From IMG/VR virus record IMGVR_UViG_3300014613_000012, positions 1-41,062 of that record: a DNA stretch of 41,062 bases. One strand, 5' to 3'. This DNA comes from a virus. Its lineage: Duplodnaviria > Caudoviricetes. The notes beneath the pieces were generated by a model. That model was not told the origin of the DNA and did no database searches. It saw nothing but the letters and a program-made list of their open reading frames with translations. Positions within the stretch are counted from its first letter, which is position 1; the number at the start of each line of letters is the position of its first letter. The position numbers and the translations under genes were made by a program. This document shows, piece by piece, positions 26,084 through 35,218 of this stretch.

Positions 26084-26913
26084 ATAAGTATCTCCTGTTT
26101 CATCTTGCTACCTACGATGATTCTGTTGGCATACTCTCGCTGAAATTTTAACCACGGTCTTTTATTCTCCATGTTCCATCCACGGTTATATAACATAGCC
26201 ATAGGCATAAGACCAAGACCAATAACCGACCGCAATCGCTTCTCCGCTTTCTCTATCGTATCCCCCCTGTATCCAATAAGCACATAGCACATATAGACAC
26301 CGTGCTTTCCTGTCATCGCTCCGCTCGACCTCAACATTTTTACCGCAGAAACAAGCGGCTCATAATCGTCTGGAGTGTCGTAGGCAAAATATGCTGTAGT
26401 CGGTTTTAAGTCGCGCAATCTATCGGCGATCCACGGCTCCATCCGTGCAGCCTCCAATCCACCAGTAAAACGCGGATTTTCTTTCTGCCTCGACAACATT
26501 GAGAACACACTCTCTATATGTTTCCGCGAACACGCCAAAAGATTGCTGTCGATTATATTCCAGCCGTCATGTATCGCAAGCTCGCGGATGGCCCCCTCCC
26601 GTTTCGGGACGGAACAAAACCAACAACGATTCGGACATCCTCGGCTTGTCATCACGTAACCACGCTTTATGTACATCCCCGGCTCAAACTCCCCGCCGGG
26701 ATCGTCATATGCGGGGCCGCCAACCGTTACGTCTGGCGTGACGCCTCTCCATGCCTCAGCAAGCTCCTCCGCTATTTGCATATCCCATGTGAACGCACAC
26801 GATACTCTTACAGAATCAGCCTCATCGAATACACCAGGCTCGTAAAATCTGACATCATCGTCGTCAGGAGTTGCGTTTGTTTTTCTCGGAAAAACTCTTA
26901 TTAGTTTACTCAT
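26080..26913 (-). CDS. Radical SAM protein (phage type)
   Basis: TSRGCPNRCWFCSVP, VGGP, YVLIGY; probable start MSKLIRV. Confidence 0.88.
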   Translation of the reverse strand: MSKLIRVFPRKTNATPDDDDVRFYEPGVFDEADSVRVSCAFTWDMQIAEELAEAWRGVTPDVTVGGPAYDDPGGEFEPGMYIKRGYVMTSRGCPNRCWFCSVPKREGAIRELAIHDGWNIIDSNLLACSRKHIESVFSMLSRQKENPRFTGGLEAARMEPWIADRLRDLKPTTAYFAYDTPDDYEPLVSAVKMLRSSGAMTGKHGVYMCYVLIGYRGDTIEKAEKRLRSVIGLGLMPMAMLYNRGWNMENKRPWLKFQREYANRIIVGSKMKQEILI

Positions 26914-26992
26914 CTTTTTCTGATTCAATCATGCGCCGAAGAAGATCGCGTAGCAGTTCTTCAATCTTTGCGAAGTCATCAACCATGCTCAT
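26906..26992 (-). CDS. 28-aa leader ORF coupled to the radical SAM gene
   Basis: MSMVDDFAKIEELLRDLLRRMIESEKDE, initiated from the RBS/ATG within the direct repeat. Confidence 0.4.
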   Translation of the reverse strand: MSMVDDFAKIEELLRDLLRRMIESEKDE

Positions 26993-27306
26993 ATAAGTAT
27001 CTCCTGTTTGCAGTATTCTTTCTCTAATCCATGCTCATACAGATAGCGCTCCACGTCCTCGTAGCCATACGCCAGGACATATCGGCCTCCGTGCGCCTCC
27101 AGAGACACCTGAAACATCCGCTGCTTATCTGACTGCCGGCCTATGCCTGCCTTGCACTCAATAAACAGCACCACGCCGTCCTTGATCGCTACCATGTCAC
27201 TCAGCCCAGGATAGCAGCCAAGCCCGGCGAGATTGTGATAGACCATCCACCCGCGCAAGCGCAGATAGTCTTTCACCTGGTGCTTAACGCCCGTTTCCGG
27301 AGTCAT
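26989..27306 (-). CDS. VRR-NUC domain nuclease / Holliday junction resolvase
   Basis: PGLSD, LFIECKAG.GRQS..Q..F. Confidence 0.88.
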   Translation of the reverse strand: MTPETGVKHQVKDYLRLRGWMVYHNLAGLGCYPGLSDMVAIKDGVVLFIECKAGIGRQSDKQRMFQVSLEAHGGRYVLAYGYEDVERYLYEHGLEKEYCKQEILI

Positions 27307-27593
27307 CAGAACGGCGTCGTGTCTCCACCAGGAATAGCGGAGTCATCAAACGGATTGTCGTCCGCTGCCGGAATAGTCGGCTGTTGCTCCTTCGGCGCAA
27401 ACATCGACACAATAATACTATCCCTGTCATCCGGATTGATTACGCCAGCAGGATTAAAAGTGCGTTTCAGCATAATAAACGCTCCCTTGTCTCCCTGCAT
27501 CACAGAGCCGATGTTTTCGTAACGGCCTTTAGTCGCGCCGTTCTTGTCGGTATAGCTTCCAGTTTTTACTGATAGATCGTACAGCTTTTTCAT
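27306..27593 (-). CDS. Putative single-stranded DNA-binding protein
   Basis: Acidic tail ending DTTPF; follows the SSAP and nuclease genes. Confidence 0.55.
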   Translation of the reverse strand: MKKLYDLSVKTGSYTDKNGATKGRYENIGSVMQGDKGAFIMLKRTFNPAGVINPDDRDSIIVSMFAPKEQQPTIPAADDNPFDDSAIPGGDTTPF

Positions 27594-28351
27594 CGTTTTC
27601 CCCCGAACTCGCAGCGGCTCCAGAAGCCGCAAAATTTAGATCCACACCACCACGCCCCTTCAGGAGCAGGCCCAAACGCTTGCTTCTCAATACCTGACTG
27701 CACAGCGCGTATGATATTCTCGGCACGCGCTACGCTCTCTACTGTCGCCACCGTATCAAGCCGCTGATACTTCGGCGTTTTCGTTTCCACAAGAACATCG
27801 AGCGACGATCCGATGGCCCAGTGGCCGAACTTCTGATGATACGCCATCGCGTAAATATCCATCTGCAAGCTATTATCAATATCCGCCTGCGTCTTACTCT
27901 TGCCCGTTGTTTTGTAGTCCCTGATCCGCTCGTCGTCATCGATACAGTCAATGACAGTCTTGATCGGCAGTACGCCGTCGATATTGAGCTCGATCTCAGC
28001 TTCGACGTGCATCGGCTGTATCGTGGGACTGATCTCACCCATATACAAGTCAATGAGATTGACACAAGAGTCCTTCGCCGCGCCAGGATCCTCGCCGTCC
28101 TTGACGACAACTTCCTCCTCGCTCATGCGCTTCTCGAACTCTGATACCGTGTAGTCCACGACATCGCTGCGCTTCATCTCTTCGCGTGTCGCTACCTTGT
28201 ACAAACTGTTGTACTCAATTCCACGATGCACCGCGGACCCCTTGACAAGCGCAATACCTGGAGGCATGCGCAAGCCCTCCAGATAGATGAAAGCGTATTG
28301 TCGTCCGCACTTACGATAGCGATCTATTTGGCTGAAGGATAGATGATTCAT
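27590..28351 (-). CDS. PD-(D/E)XK exonuclease (RecB/Cas4-like)
   Basis: LSFSQI..Y..C, GSAVH, ID...DYKT, Q..IY, and C-terminal C...C.F...C. Confidence 0.88.
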   Translation of the reverse strand: MNHLSFSQIDRYRKCGRQYAFIYLEGLRMPPGIALVKGSAVHRGIEYNSLYKVATREEMKRSDVVDYTVSEFEKRMSEEEVVVKDGEDPGAAKDSCVNLIDLYMGEISPTIQPMHVEAEIELNIDGVLPIKTVIDCIDDDERIRDYKTTGKSKTQADIDNSLQMDIYAMAYHQKFGHWAIGSSLDVLVETKTPKYQRLDTVATVESVARAENIIRAVQSGIEKQAFGPAPEGAWWCGSKFCGFWSRCEFGGKR

Positions 28352-29091
28352 TTCTCGCCCTCCGCCGCCAAGATCGCGCTCATCCGTGTGTACTCGTCGT
28401 TTAGCCGCTTCTTCTCGTCCTCAGTCCAGCGGGACTTTTTGAGCTCCATAACGCTGGAAATAAGCGTCTGCATCGTGAGACACTTGCCGATATGCTCCAC
28501 TGCCTCGTCTATCGTAAGTCGTCCCTCAGTAGACTGTGGAGCTTCTGGCGCAGTATAACGAGGATAGTTCGGCTGTGGTATGCTCTGCACCTCCGTTTCA
28601 TCAAGCATGCCAAGCCCACAGATCGACAGCGTGACGCGCCGTTTGGCTTTCGTCTCCGCCTTCATCGTGAGATTGGCGAGGACCTCACCGCCTGCGCCTT
28701 TGACGTTAACGCTACCTGATGCCATATCGTACCGGCCTGTCTTGTCCTGGGCCTTCACAGACACCGTGTAAACGTCTCCGTTCATCGTGTGAGTCATGTC
28801 CACGATGGAAACGCCGTTGATCTTTCGGAGCTGTTCGGCGCAAGCCCTGTTAGCGTACAACACCTCTTTCCCGTTTAGCACGATCAAGTCAAACGGCTTC
28901 GTCAGCGGATTAAGCCCCATAGACTGGCAAAGATTAGTGTAATACTTTGCCTTCTGCTCAGGCGTGAACGTCCGCAAGTCGCCTTTTAGCACCAAGTCCG
29001 CCAGCATAGACGGATCACCGTACAGATTCATGGGCTCCTTTTTGGCCACTTCCTTTTTAACTTCTTTCTCTGCTTTCTTTTTCGTTGCCAT
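28348..29091 (-). CDS. Single-strand annealing recombinase (Red-beta/RecT-like, putative)
   Basis: LCQSMGLNPLTKPF, MKAETKAKRR..L...GL...E; adjacent to the exonuclease. Confidence 0.65.
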   Translation of the reverse strand: MATKKKAEKEVKKEVAKKEPMNLYGDPSMLADLVLKGDLRTFTPEQKAKYYTNLCQSMGLNPLTKPFDLIVLNGKEVLYANRACAEQLRKINGVSIVDMTHTMNGDVYTVSVKAQDKTGRYDMASGSVNVKGAGGEVLANLTMKAETKAKRRVTLSICGLGMLDETEVQSIPQPNYPRYTAPEAPQSTEGRLTIDEAVEHIGKCLTMQTLISSVMELKKSRWTEDEKKRLNDEYTRMSAILAAEGEK

Positions 29092-29101
29092 ATTTCTCTC
29101 C

Positions 29102-29455
29102 TTAGTCCTTGAACATCATAACATGATCGCGCACCGTGTCTATAACGCGATCATCCGGCACAGTGTGATAGATCCGGTGCATGCAGCCGTGAACGTACTT
29201 GCTCTCGAAGAATATCAAGTAGTCCTTGACTTCTTCCTTCGCCTGCTCCAGCGTGAGTTTTCGCAGCTTCGTGTCAGTCTTGAAATAAGTGAACTCACAC
29301 ATCGAAAACTCGTCAAGCACAGCTCCAGGCTCATGCAGCGTAAAGGACTGCGCTCGTCTGTTTCCCACATGAAGCGTCAGCACATACTTTTTCGGCTCAA
29401 TACCAAGCCGCTCCAACGAATCAAAATATTTGTCCTGCGTGTGTTTAGTTTCCAT
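29102..29455 (-). CDS. Hypothetical early protein
   Basis: 117 aa, ACAAAGGAGAG RBS. Confidence 0.65.
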   Translation of the reverse strand: METKHTQDKYFDSLERLGIEPKKYVLTLHVGNRRAQSFTLHEPGAVLDEFSMCEFTYFKTDTKLRKLTLEQAKEEVKDYLIFFESKYVHGCMHRIYHTVPDDRVIDTVRDHVMMFKD

Positions 29456-29476
29456 CTCGCTCTCCTTTGTTTGTTT

Positions 29477-29644
29477 CTATCCTTCCAGCTTGATCTTCTC
29501 CACAAGAAGCTTCATCGCCTCCTGGATCATGATCCCCTGCGGCCAGTGACGCTTTTCTTTCACGAACTCGATCATCTCCATCACTTCCGCCATCGCCTCT
29601 TCACTCGAAAAGGCAAACGAACGTATAGCTACTTTTCTCGGCAT
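29477..29644 (-). CDS. 55-aa putative ribbon-helix-helix regulator
   Basis: Not in the track. MPRKVAIRSFAFSSEE...IQEAMKLL; AAGGAGG RBS; first gene after the promoter. Confidence 0.55.
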   Translation of the reverse strand: MPRKVAIRSFAFSSEEAMAEVMEMIEFVKEKRHWPQGIMIQEAMKLLVEKIKLEG

Positions 29645-29672
29645 AATAGCCTCCTTTATTCAGTATGTTATA

Positions 29673-29701
29673 CTAATAACAACACCTCCGTAGGTAGTCA
29701 A
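29673..29701 (-). promoter_or_regulatory. Putative early promoter
   Basis: TTGACT-17bp-TATTAG (weak -10), just downstream of the late terminator. Confidence 0.45.
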
Positions 29702-29723
29702 CTAAAATATGTATTTTTTAGGC

Positions 29724-29750
29724 AAAAAAATGGCCCCGTAGGATGGGGCC
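29724..29750 (-). terminator. Rho-independent terminator ending the late operon
   Basis: GGCCCC-atcctac-GGGGCC a T7. Confidence 0.8.
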
Positions 29751-29775
29751 CAGGAAGTTTTACAAAGGAGAGCTT

Positions 29776-30195
29776 TTAACGAATTGCGCCAGTCGCGGCC
29801 AATATTCCAACAACTCCGATGGCCGCCACTGCTCCACCGAAATAGAATTTCCAGTTTCCGCCTTCACCGACTTCAATAGTCATGTCGCGGCTCCAACTAC
29901 GATCACACAGGCCAGCACCTATGCGGTACGTCCCAACGTCTAGCTGCTCCATCTCAAGCCGCGGCTCTGACGTGTCGTAGCACTTCAGCTTGTCTATGCA
30001 CTGCGGCAGAGACACCGTTGGATAATTCCGATATACTATATCAGTTTGGATCTTCGTTTTCCACTTGACTACAGGCTCTTCGCGGAAACAATAATAGTGA
30101 GTTCCAAATCCTGCGAAGTACACCAGGACGAGGACCAACAGCGAGACGGCAATTTTATAAAACATATTCCTCACGCATCCTGTCAAGATATTCAC
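29776..30195 (-). CDS. Membrane protein in the lysis module (spanin-like)
   Basis: N- and C-terminal hydrophobic segments; last gene of the lysis cluster. Confidence 0.5.
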   Translation of the reverse strand: MNILTGCVRNMFYKIAVSLLVLVLVYFAGFGTHYYCFREEPVVKWKTKIQTDIVYRNYPTVSLPQCIDKLKCYDTSEPRLEMEQLDVGTYRIGAGLCDRSWSRDMTIEVGEGGNWKFYFGGAVAAIGVVGILAATGAIR

Positions 30196-30350
30196 TCGCG
30201 CTTGTTACCGAAGAAAATACACCGTTTCCTATAACTGCTCCATTATATAATACATTGCAATAGTAATACCCGTCTGTTCGCTTCTCGAACTTGAATTGAT
30301 ACATCTTATATCTCCCAACACGACAAGAGCGCGACTGAACGAATACTATA

Positions 30351-30575
30351 TCACTGCTTGTTTGTGACGACATTTTGTATGGCCTTGCCTGTGACACCAG
30401 TGCCAATAAGCATTCCAGCGAGTCCGATGATTCCCGTCAAGTCCTTATTGTACATCCACCAAGCGACGAATCCAGCTATCGAGATGCCGATCCCTACGAC
30501 GATCAGCATCATGGACTGGATCCTCGTCGTGGACACTTCCGAGCTATCCGAGAAAAGTTTTCCGAGCCAATTCAT
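30351..30575 (-). CDS. Putative holin
   Basis: Two TM helices, SSEVSTTR...GKAIQ; adjacent to the endolysin. Confidence 0.65.
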   Translation of the reverse strand: MNWLGKLFSDSSEVSTTRIQSMMLIVVGIGISIAGFVAWWMYNKDLTGIIGLAGMLIGTGVTGKAIQNVVTNKQ

Positions 30576-31096
30576 ATTATCACACCGTAGCAACTCCCGT
30601 ATATTCTCTCGCTCTCTATCATCGAAGCAGGATACAAGACGCAATGCCCTGACTCGCGGCTTCTGTCCTTCTGCGCTTGCTTGCGATCTCCCGCGGGATC
30701 ATTGAAGATATATCCGCCGCTTTCGTATCCAATCATTATCTGATAGTGTCCATCTTTATGATACAATATCACCGCGCCCTTGTCAAGATATAATTTCATC
30801 TCTTCGAGCTCCGACTTCATCGGCACGCGAGCCCGCGGCCATGCAGGCTTCGTGATGCGATTGCAATCATACCCGTTCTCTTCCAGGTACTTGACAAGAT
30901 TCTCTTCGTATTGGAACTCGTCGCCCTTCCCGTAACGCTCGAAGAAGTCCTGCAATACCTCGTTAACATCCTGATCAGTTATCATGGCGACACAAGACAC
31001 GTTACACGTCCGTTTCCGCTCGTCCTTCGCCGTCTCCGGCAGATCAGTCACGTCATAGTACTGATTGACATATCTCGGCGTGTCATTGATCGGCAT
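30572..31096 (-). CDS. Peptidase C39-like protein, probable endolysin
   Basis: NQ...TCNVSCVAM, GHYQIMIGY, FNDPAG give a Cys-His-Asp triad. Confidence 0.75.
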   Translation of the reverse strand: MPINDTPRYVNQYYDVTDLPETAKDERKRTCNVSCVAMITDQDVNEVLQDFFERYGKGDEFQYEENLVKYLEENGYDCNRITKPAWPRARVPMKSELEEMKLYLDKGAVILYHKDGHYQIMIGYESGGYIFNDPAGDRKQAQKDRSRESGHCVLYPASMIESERIYGSCYGVII

Positions 31097-31227
31097 CGCG
31101 CTCCTCCAGGTATTCAATAGTCATTTTCGCCAGCTTCCAGATGTTCGTACAGTCGTGTATGTACTTTGTCGACTCTTCGTTTCCGACATCATAAAACTTA
31201 TAAATGTCGCAAAATAGCTCACGCGCT

Positions 31228-31410
31228 CTATCTCTTGACATTCTCCGCCTGCGCCTTTGCCGATGTTCGAATCTTCTGCTTCTCACAGTGTAGCGGCCCG
31301 ATGGCAAACTTAAATCCGCTCATCGCCAAGCCTATCGTCAGGATAACGACACAGCTATGACGCCAGTTATCCAACAACAGCTTCGCAAGTTTAACGATCC
31401 ATTTATCCAC
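31228..31410 (-). CDS. Small membrane protein
   Basis: 60 aa with one TM segment. Confidence 0.55.
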   Translation of the reverse strand: MDKWIVKLAKLLLDNWRHSCVVILTIGLAMSGFKFAIGPLHCEKQKIRTSAKAQAENVKR

Positions 31411-31618
31411 GATTCCTATTTTTAGACGTTATCACGTCATGCGCTCCCTGCAATTTGTCCAACTGCTTCGATATCTCGTCGATCTTCTTCCACTGCTGGC
31501 GGTCAGAAAACTTCAACTGTTTTATAACAAATACTGCAAAACTTGTAATGAGAGCGACAGCAACATTAACCCAGAAGCCAACACTAGAGAGTAAATCGCC
31601 ATGCGGTAGAGTCTGCAA
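31403..31618 (-). CDS. TM plus coiled-coil protein (holin/XhlA-like)
   Basis: N-terminal TM, then ...LDKLQG. Confidence 0.6.
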   Translation of the reverse strand: MQTLPHGDLLSSVGFWVNVAVALITSFAVFVIKQLKFSDRQQWKKIDEISKQLDKLQGAHDVITSKNRNRG

Positions 31619-31639
31619 ATCATATACCTATCCTCCCGT

Positions 31640-31960
31640 TTACTTTATGAGTTGAGCACGCAGAGCCGCGGCCTGCTCGTTCAATAATTTAAGAGAATCT
31701 TTCGCTTTCTGCTTATCCGTCGCTGTCACATTATCGTCTCCGATTTCAGCACACGGACGTATCCGCTTTTTGTCCAATGTTTCAAGCTGCAACAATATCG
31801 AGTCGTTAAATATTTTCTTATCAAGAGCATCATCCTTTGCCCATTTACCTGACGACCAGAAGAACGGAACGCCAGGACGCTCGGAAACTTCAACGTCCTT
31901 TGAGTTTACTCTCTGTCCTGAATAATAACTATTGTTAACATGAGATATATAATGCTTCAT
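31640..31960 (-). CDS. Tail fibre assembly-like protein
   Basis: RPG...W..GKW..D, LD.KRIRP, LRAQL; follows the fibre gene. Confidence 0.6.
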   Translation of the reverse strand: MKHYISHVNNSYYSGQRVNSKDVEVSERPGVPFFWSSGKWAKDDALDKKIFNDSILLQLETLDKKRIRPCAEIGDDNVTATDKQKAKDSLKLLNEQAAALRAQLIK

Positions 31961-33444
31961 TAGAAAAACCTCTCTGCCTGCATTATAACATTCCACTTGT
32001 TGTCTGTGATTAGTGCGTGCGACCCAGTCCCAGTACCATATCCCATATAAGTTCCGCCAGCACCTTTGACTGAGAATATTTCTGTCCTGGTGTATCCGAG
32101 GCCAAGACCAGAAACACCACCACCATAATACTCCGCGGGGTGAGACTTTTCTCCTACATCGTATCCGACATCAGTATCAATGCAAATATACCACTTTTCA
32201 GCCGTTATCTTGTCAGTGCCGATGTTATGGCTAACCGACAGCCTAGTTCCTGCCGCCTGGAGTGTTGACTGAGACATCATGTAAAGACCGTTGATCGCAT
32301 ACGTTTTTATGGCAGATATAGCTGGAACTGCGGTAATAGATGCTTCTCCTATCGGTAGCAACATAGACGCCGTGTATGCTGTCCCGGTACACCAATAGCC
32401 AACCATCTCAGGTATAACAAACGCATAATGTCCAAGAGCTCCAGCACTAGCGGCTGGAAGCACATACACACAAGTGGGCATTACGGATGATTGTGTCTGT
32501 CCCCACGTTGTCGTTGATCCATCATACGCCACAAATAAATATTTCGTTGTCGCGGAACCGATACCTGAGAAATCCCAAGACGCCGGAGTCGTGTTCGTTG
32601 TTATTGCATATACATAGTCGAGCGATCCAGTAGAATTATATCCATTTGCAATTGTCATAATACAAGTTGCTGTTGCAACGATTGATATGCTAGTGCCTGT
32701 CGCAACTAAGAACGCTGCTTTCCCCTCCGAATCGACAGTACCAGATATTACAGTATGACGCTTTTGAATGTGTGCTTGAGCTGACACAGATCCGACAACG
32801 GCGGTATCGACATACGTTTTTACTGCTTTTTGGCTCGGCACTTTAATGTCTGACGTTCCAAGCGCAACATTAGTGTCAACTATGCCAAGTGTGAATCTGC
32901 TCGATGTAACGCTCTGATCAGCATACAAGGCCCCATTCATCTTGAAACTTCCAAGAATCGCCTTCGTAGATGATGGCGAAGAATCGAGAAAAAAGTCGTC
33001 ACCAGATAGATACATGTCCTTAGCAGTATAGTGATATGATACCGCGGCAGTTTTATGCGTCCGCGAGTCGCTTGTCAGCGTCTGCATGTACATGGCCACA
33101 GCCCATATCTGACGATTGTCGTTCCACCCGGCAGGAAGCGTAACAGATGACTGTGTATCCCACGACACTATACGAGACGCTCCGGCTGTGTTGACTGATA
33201 GCGCGGCCCCGGCGTTGATGTTAATCGCTCCCGCGCCGTCTCCAGTTACCGAGCCGCCGTACAATATCCAAGCCGTAGTTGTCGGATTGTTCGACAGAAA
33301 GCGGATCGCCTCGCATACTTTGTCCTGATAATAGTTGTGATCAGTCTGCGCGTCAGTTACTTTGTAGTAGTCACGATCAGCGTCCGGGGAATACCCGGCT
33401 ACCTCAGTATCCCCGAATATGTTTGTAAACTTTTGAGTGCTCAT
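31960..33444 (-). CDS. Tail fibre / receptor-binding protein
   Basis: 494 aa, T/S/G-rich, SDIKVPSQKAVKTYVD fibre motif, HNIG C-terminal domain. Confidence 0.75.
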   Translation of the reverse strand: MSTQKFTNIFGDTEVAGYSPDADRDYYKVTDAQTDHNYYQDKVCEAIRFLSNNPTTTAWILYGGSVTGDGAGAININAGAALSVNTAGASRIVSWDTQSSVTLPAGWNDNRQIWAVAMYMQTLTSDSRTHKTAAVSYHYTAKDMYLSGDDFFLDSSPSSTKAILGSFKMNGALYADQSVTSSRFTLGIVDTNVALGTSDIKVPSQKAVKTYVDTAVVGSVSAQAHIQKRHTVISGTVDSEGKAAFLVATGTSISIVATATCIMTIANGYNSTGSLDYVYAITTNTTPASWDFSGIGSATTKYLFVAYDGSTTTWGQTQSSVMPTCVYVLPAASAGALGHYAFVIPEMVGYWCTGTAYTASMLLPIGEASITAVPAISAIKTYAINGLYMMSQSTLQAAGTRLSVSHNIGTDKITAEKWYICIDTDVGYDVGEKSHPAEYYGGGVSGLGLGYTRTEIFSVKGAGGTYMGYGTGTGSHALITDNKWNVIMQAERFF

Positions 33445-33779
33445 AGTTTGCCCTCTTTCTTAAGCGAGTCAATAGCCATCTGGCGGATACGTTCGTTTAT
33501 TAGTTTTTCCTCTGATTCCTTCTTCGCTTTCGCTTCAAGTTTCGGCCTCATAGCTGCTGCACGTTTCTTGTTTTTCTCGATATATTTCTTAGATGGCTTT
33601 TTCAGCAACTTTATTATAGTTCCGTTGGATTTTTCTATGACTGCATGCTCGCCTATATCGTCAGTCAACGTAAAACGCTTTTCCACAAGACGCCGTGACT
33701 TGTTGCCCTTCTTGTCATCTGATACTTCATAGTACCACAATATATCGTTTTTAAGCTCTTTCTCGATTGTCGGCTTCAT
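33441..33779 (-). CDS. Basic hypothetical protein, possibly a fibre chaperone
   Basis: Ends EKLINERIRQMAIDSLKKEGKL. Confidence 0.55.
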   Translation of the reverse strand: MKPTIEKELKNDILWYYEVSDDKKGNKSRRLVEKRFTLTDDIGEHAVIEKSNGTIIKLLKKPSKKYIEKNKKRAAAMRPKLEAKAKKESEEKLINERIRQMAIDSLKKEGKL

Positions 33780-33781
33780 AT

Positions 33782-34501
33782 CTACCTCTTCGCCCATATC
33801 TCTACATGCCCGCGAGTAAATTCACCAGTTGTCGTATCACAATAGAATTGTATAGTTGTTAATGTATCTGATGTTGTCGTATTCATAACTGCCCCGAACT
33901 TTCTATGTATATACTGAGATCCATTAGTCGATCCCTGCAATTCTCCAGTTTCAAGTACAGCCATTTTATTATAGCCTGTTTTAGAAAACAAAGATATCCT
34001 TGAGTGAATAACAGCAGTTCCAGTTTCGATTGTGCCGATATTCGCCACATATATCCCAGATCCGGTATAGTTGAATACTGATACTGCGAGTGCATCTACG
34101 ACATAACCCCTAGAATAATAAGCTATTTCTGAATTGCTATTTAGCGACATCAACAAATATGTGTCAGCCGCTGGTGAAGAAAACTCAAAATCTGCTAGTA
34201 TCATATAATGATCGTCAACATCTCCATTTAGCCCAAACAGCTCTATACGAGAAACTGGCGTTGATACATCAACAGTCGATATGCGCTGCCATGATCCAGT
34301 CAAAGATCCGATGATCGTAAGATTGTTCGCATATATACTTTTCCATCGATATGTTCCGGATCCTAGATCGTAAACGCTAGTTGTGGCTTCTAGAGACACA
34401 CCGCCACGCGGTAATAAATCATCCTGCCCATAGTGATAGTAGTTATCATTAAACTCTGACGATGATATTGTGTCACCAGTTGCAAATACAGTAAACGGCA
34501 T
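33782..34501 (-). CDS. Tail tip/fibre paralog 3
   Basis: Shares NDNY, PRGGVSL, YDLGS..RW..IY, LNGD and DT.T.I.F with the next two genes. Confidence 0.7.
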   Translation of the reverse strand: MPFTVFATGDTISSSEFNDNYYHYGQDDLLPRGGVSLEATTSVYDLGSGTYRWKSIYANNLTIIGSLTGSWQRISTVDVSTPVSRIELFGLNGDVDDHYMILADFEFSSPAADTYLLMSLNSNSEIAYYSRGYVVDALAVSVFNYTGSGIYVANIGTIETGTAVIHSRISLFSKTGYNKMAVLETGELQGSTNGSQYIHRKFGAVMNTTTSDTLTTIQFYCDTTTGEFTRGHVEIWAKR

Positions 34502-35218
34502 TTACATCCTCCACAATTTTACAACCGTACCAGGATCGAATGCTCTAATAGTTCCGTCTGATTCGTGCATAATAAACTTTATGCTAGTGATTGTGTCGGC
34601 TGAGTTTTTCCACGTTGAATGCATGTAGTTTGTTGACTCAACCATTGTATTGCCGCAAACATTATTGGCGAATAGCCCCCTATATGTTCCTGCCTTTGTA
34701 AATATATACATGTCAGTTCTAGATAAATACGATGCCGTTGTCGTTCCGTTCAGAAACGATATTACAGTAGAAGTTCTTGACGTTGTTACCGTGTGCGTAG
34801 TCCCGATTACATTATGAACGCTATAATTTGATGCAGAATCACCATTTAATATCATGGACACATAATTACACGAACTTGTATTGGGAATAAACTCAGCGGT
34901 ACAATATATGCAAAAATAGTCATCCCCATTAAGACCTGTAAACTCTATCGATGTAGCCGTTGTCGTTAGTGTTACTCCGTCTATGTATGATATAATATCC
35001 GCAGTTATAAGACTTCCTGCCACATTAACATTATTGCAATATATATTGTCCCAACGGAATGCGGCCGATCCCATATCGGCGGTGTTGTCGGAATATTCAA
35101 GCAATCCTGAAGAACTAGCCGACATTGGCAATATAGACCCTTGCCCGACGTAAGTGAAATTGTCGTTTACGTCCGAGGCCAATGCAGTTTGGCTATTTTC
35201 CAAATTATGAAACGACAT
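34502..35218 (-). CDS. Tail tip/fibre paralog 2
   Basis: NDNF, DMGSAAFRWDNIYCN, LNGDS, DTITSIKF. Confidence 0.7.
   Translation of the reverse strand: MSFHNLENSQTALASDVNDNFTYVGQGSILPMSASSSGLLEYSDNTADMGSAAFRWDNIYCNNVNVAGSLITADIISYIDGVTLTTTATSIEFTGLNGDDYFCIYCTAEFIPNTSSCNYVSMILNGDSASNYSVHNVIGTTHTVTTSRTSTVISFLNGTTTASYLSRTDMYIFTKAGTYRGLFANNVCGNTMVESTNYMHSTWKNSADTITSIKFIMHESDGTIRAFDPGTVVKLWRM

Larger units (their letters stand above)
26077..27009. repeat. 24-bp perfect direct repeats (26077-26100 and 26986-27009) bracketing the radical SAM gene
   Basis: tgctcatataagtatctcctgttt occurs twice; both ORFs ending in it finish KQEILI*. Confidence 0.9.

Noticed and set aside
27590-28351. Cas4 as evidence of a CRISPR system
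   Set aside because: No cas1/cas2 or array; context (SSAP, SSB, resolvase) indicates a recombination exonuclease
28964-29779. 271-aa plus-strand ORF as a possible repressor or integrase
   Set aside because: Overlaps three minus-strand genes, a promoter and a terminator; no recognisable motifs
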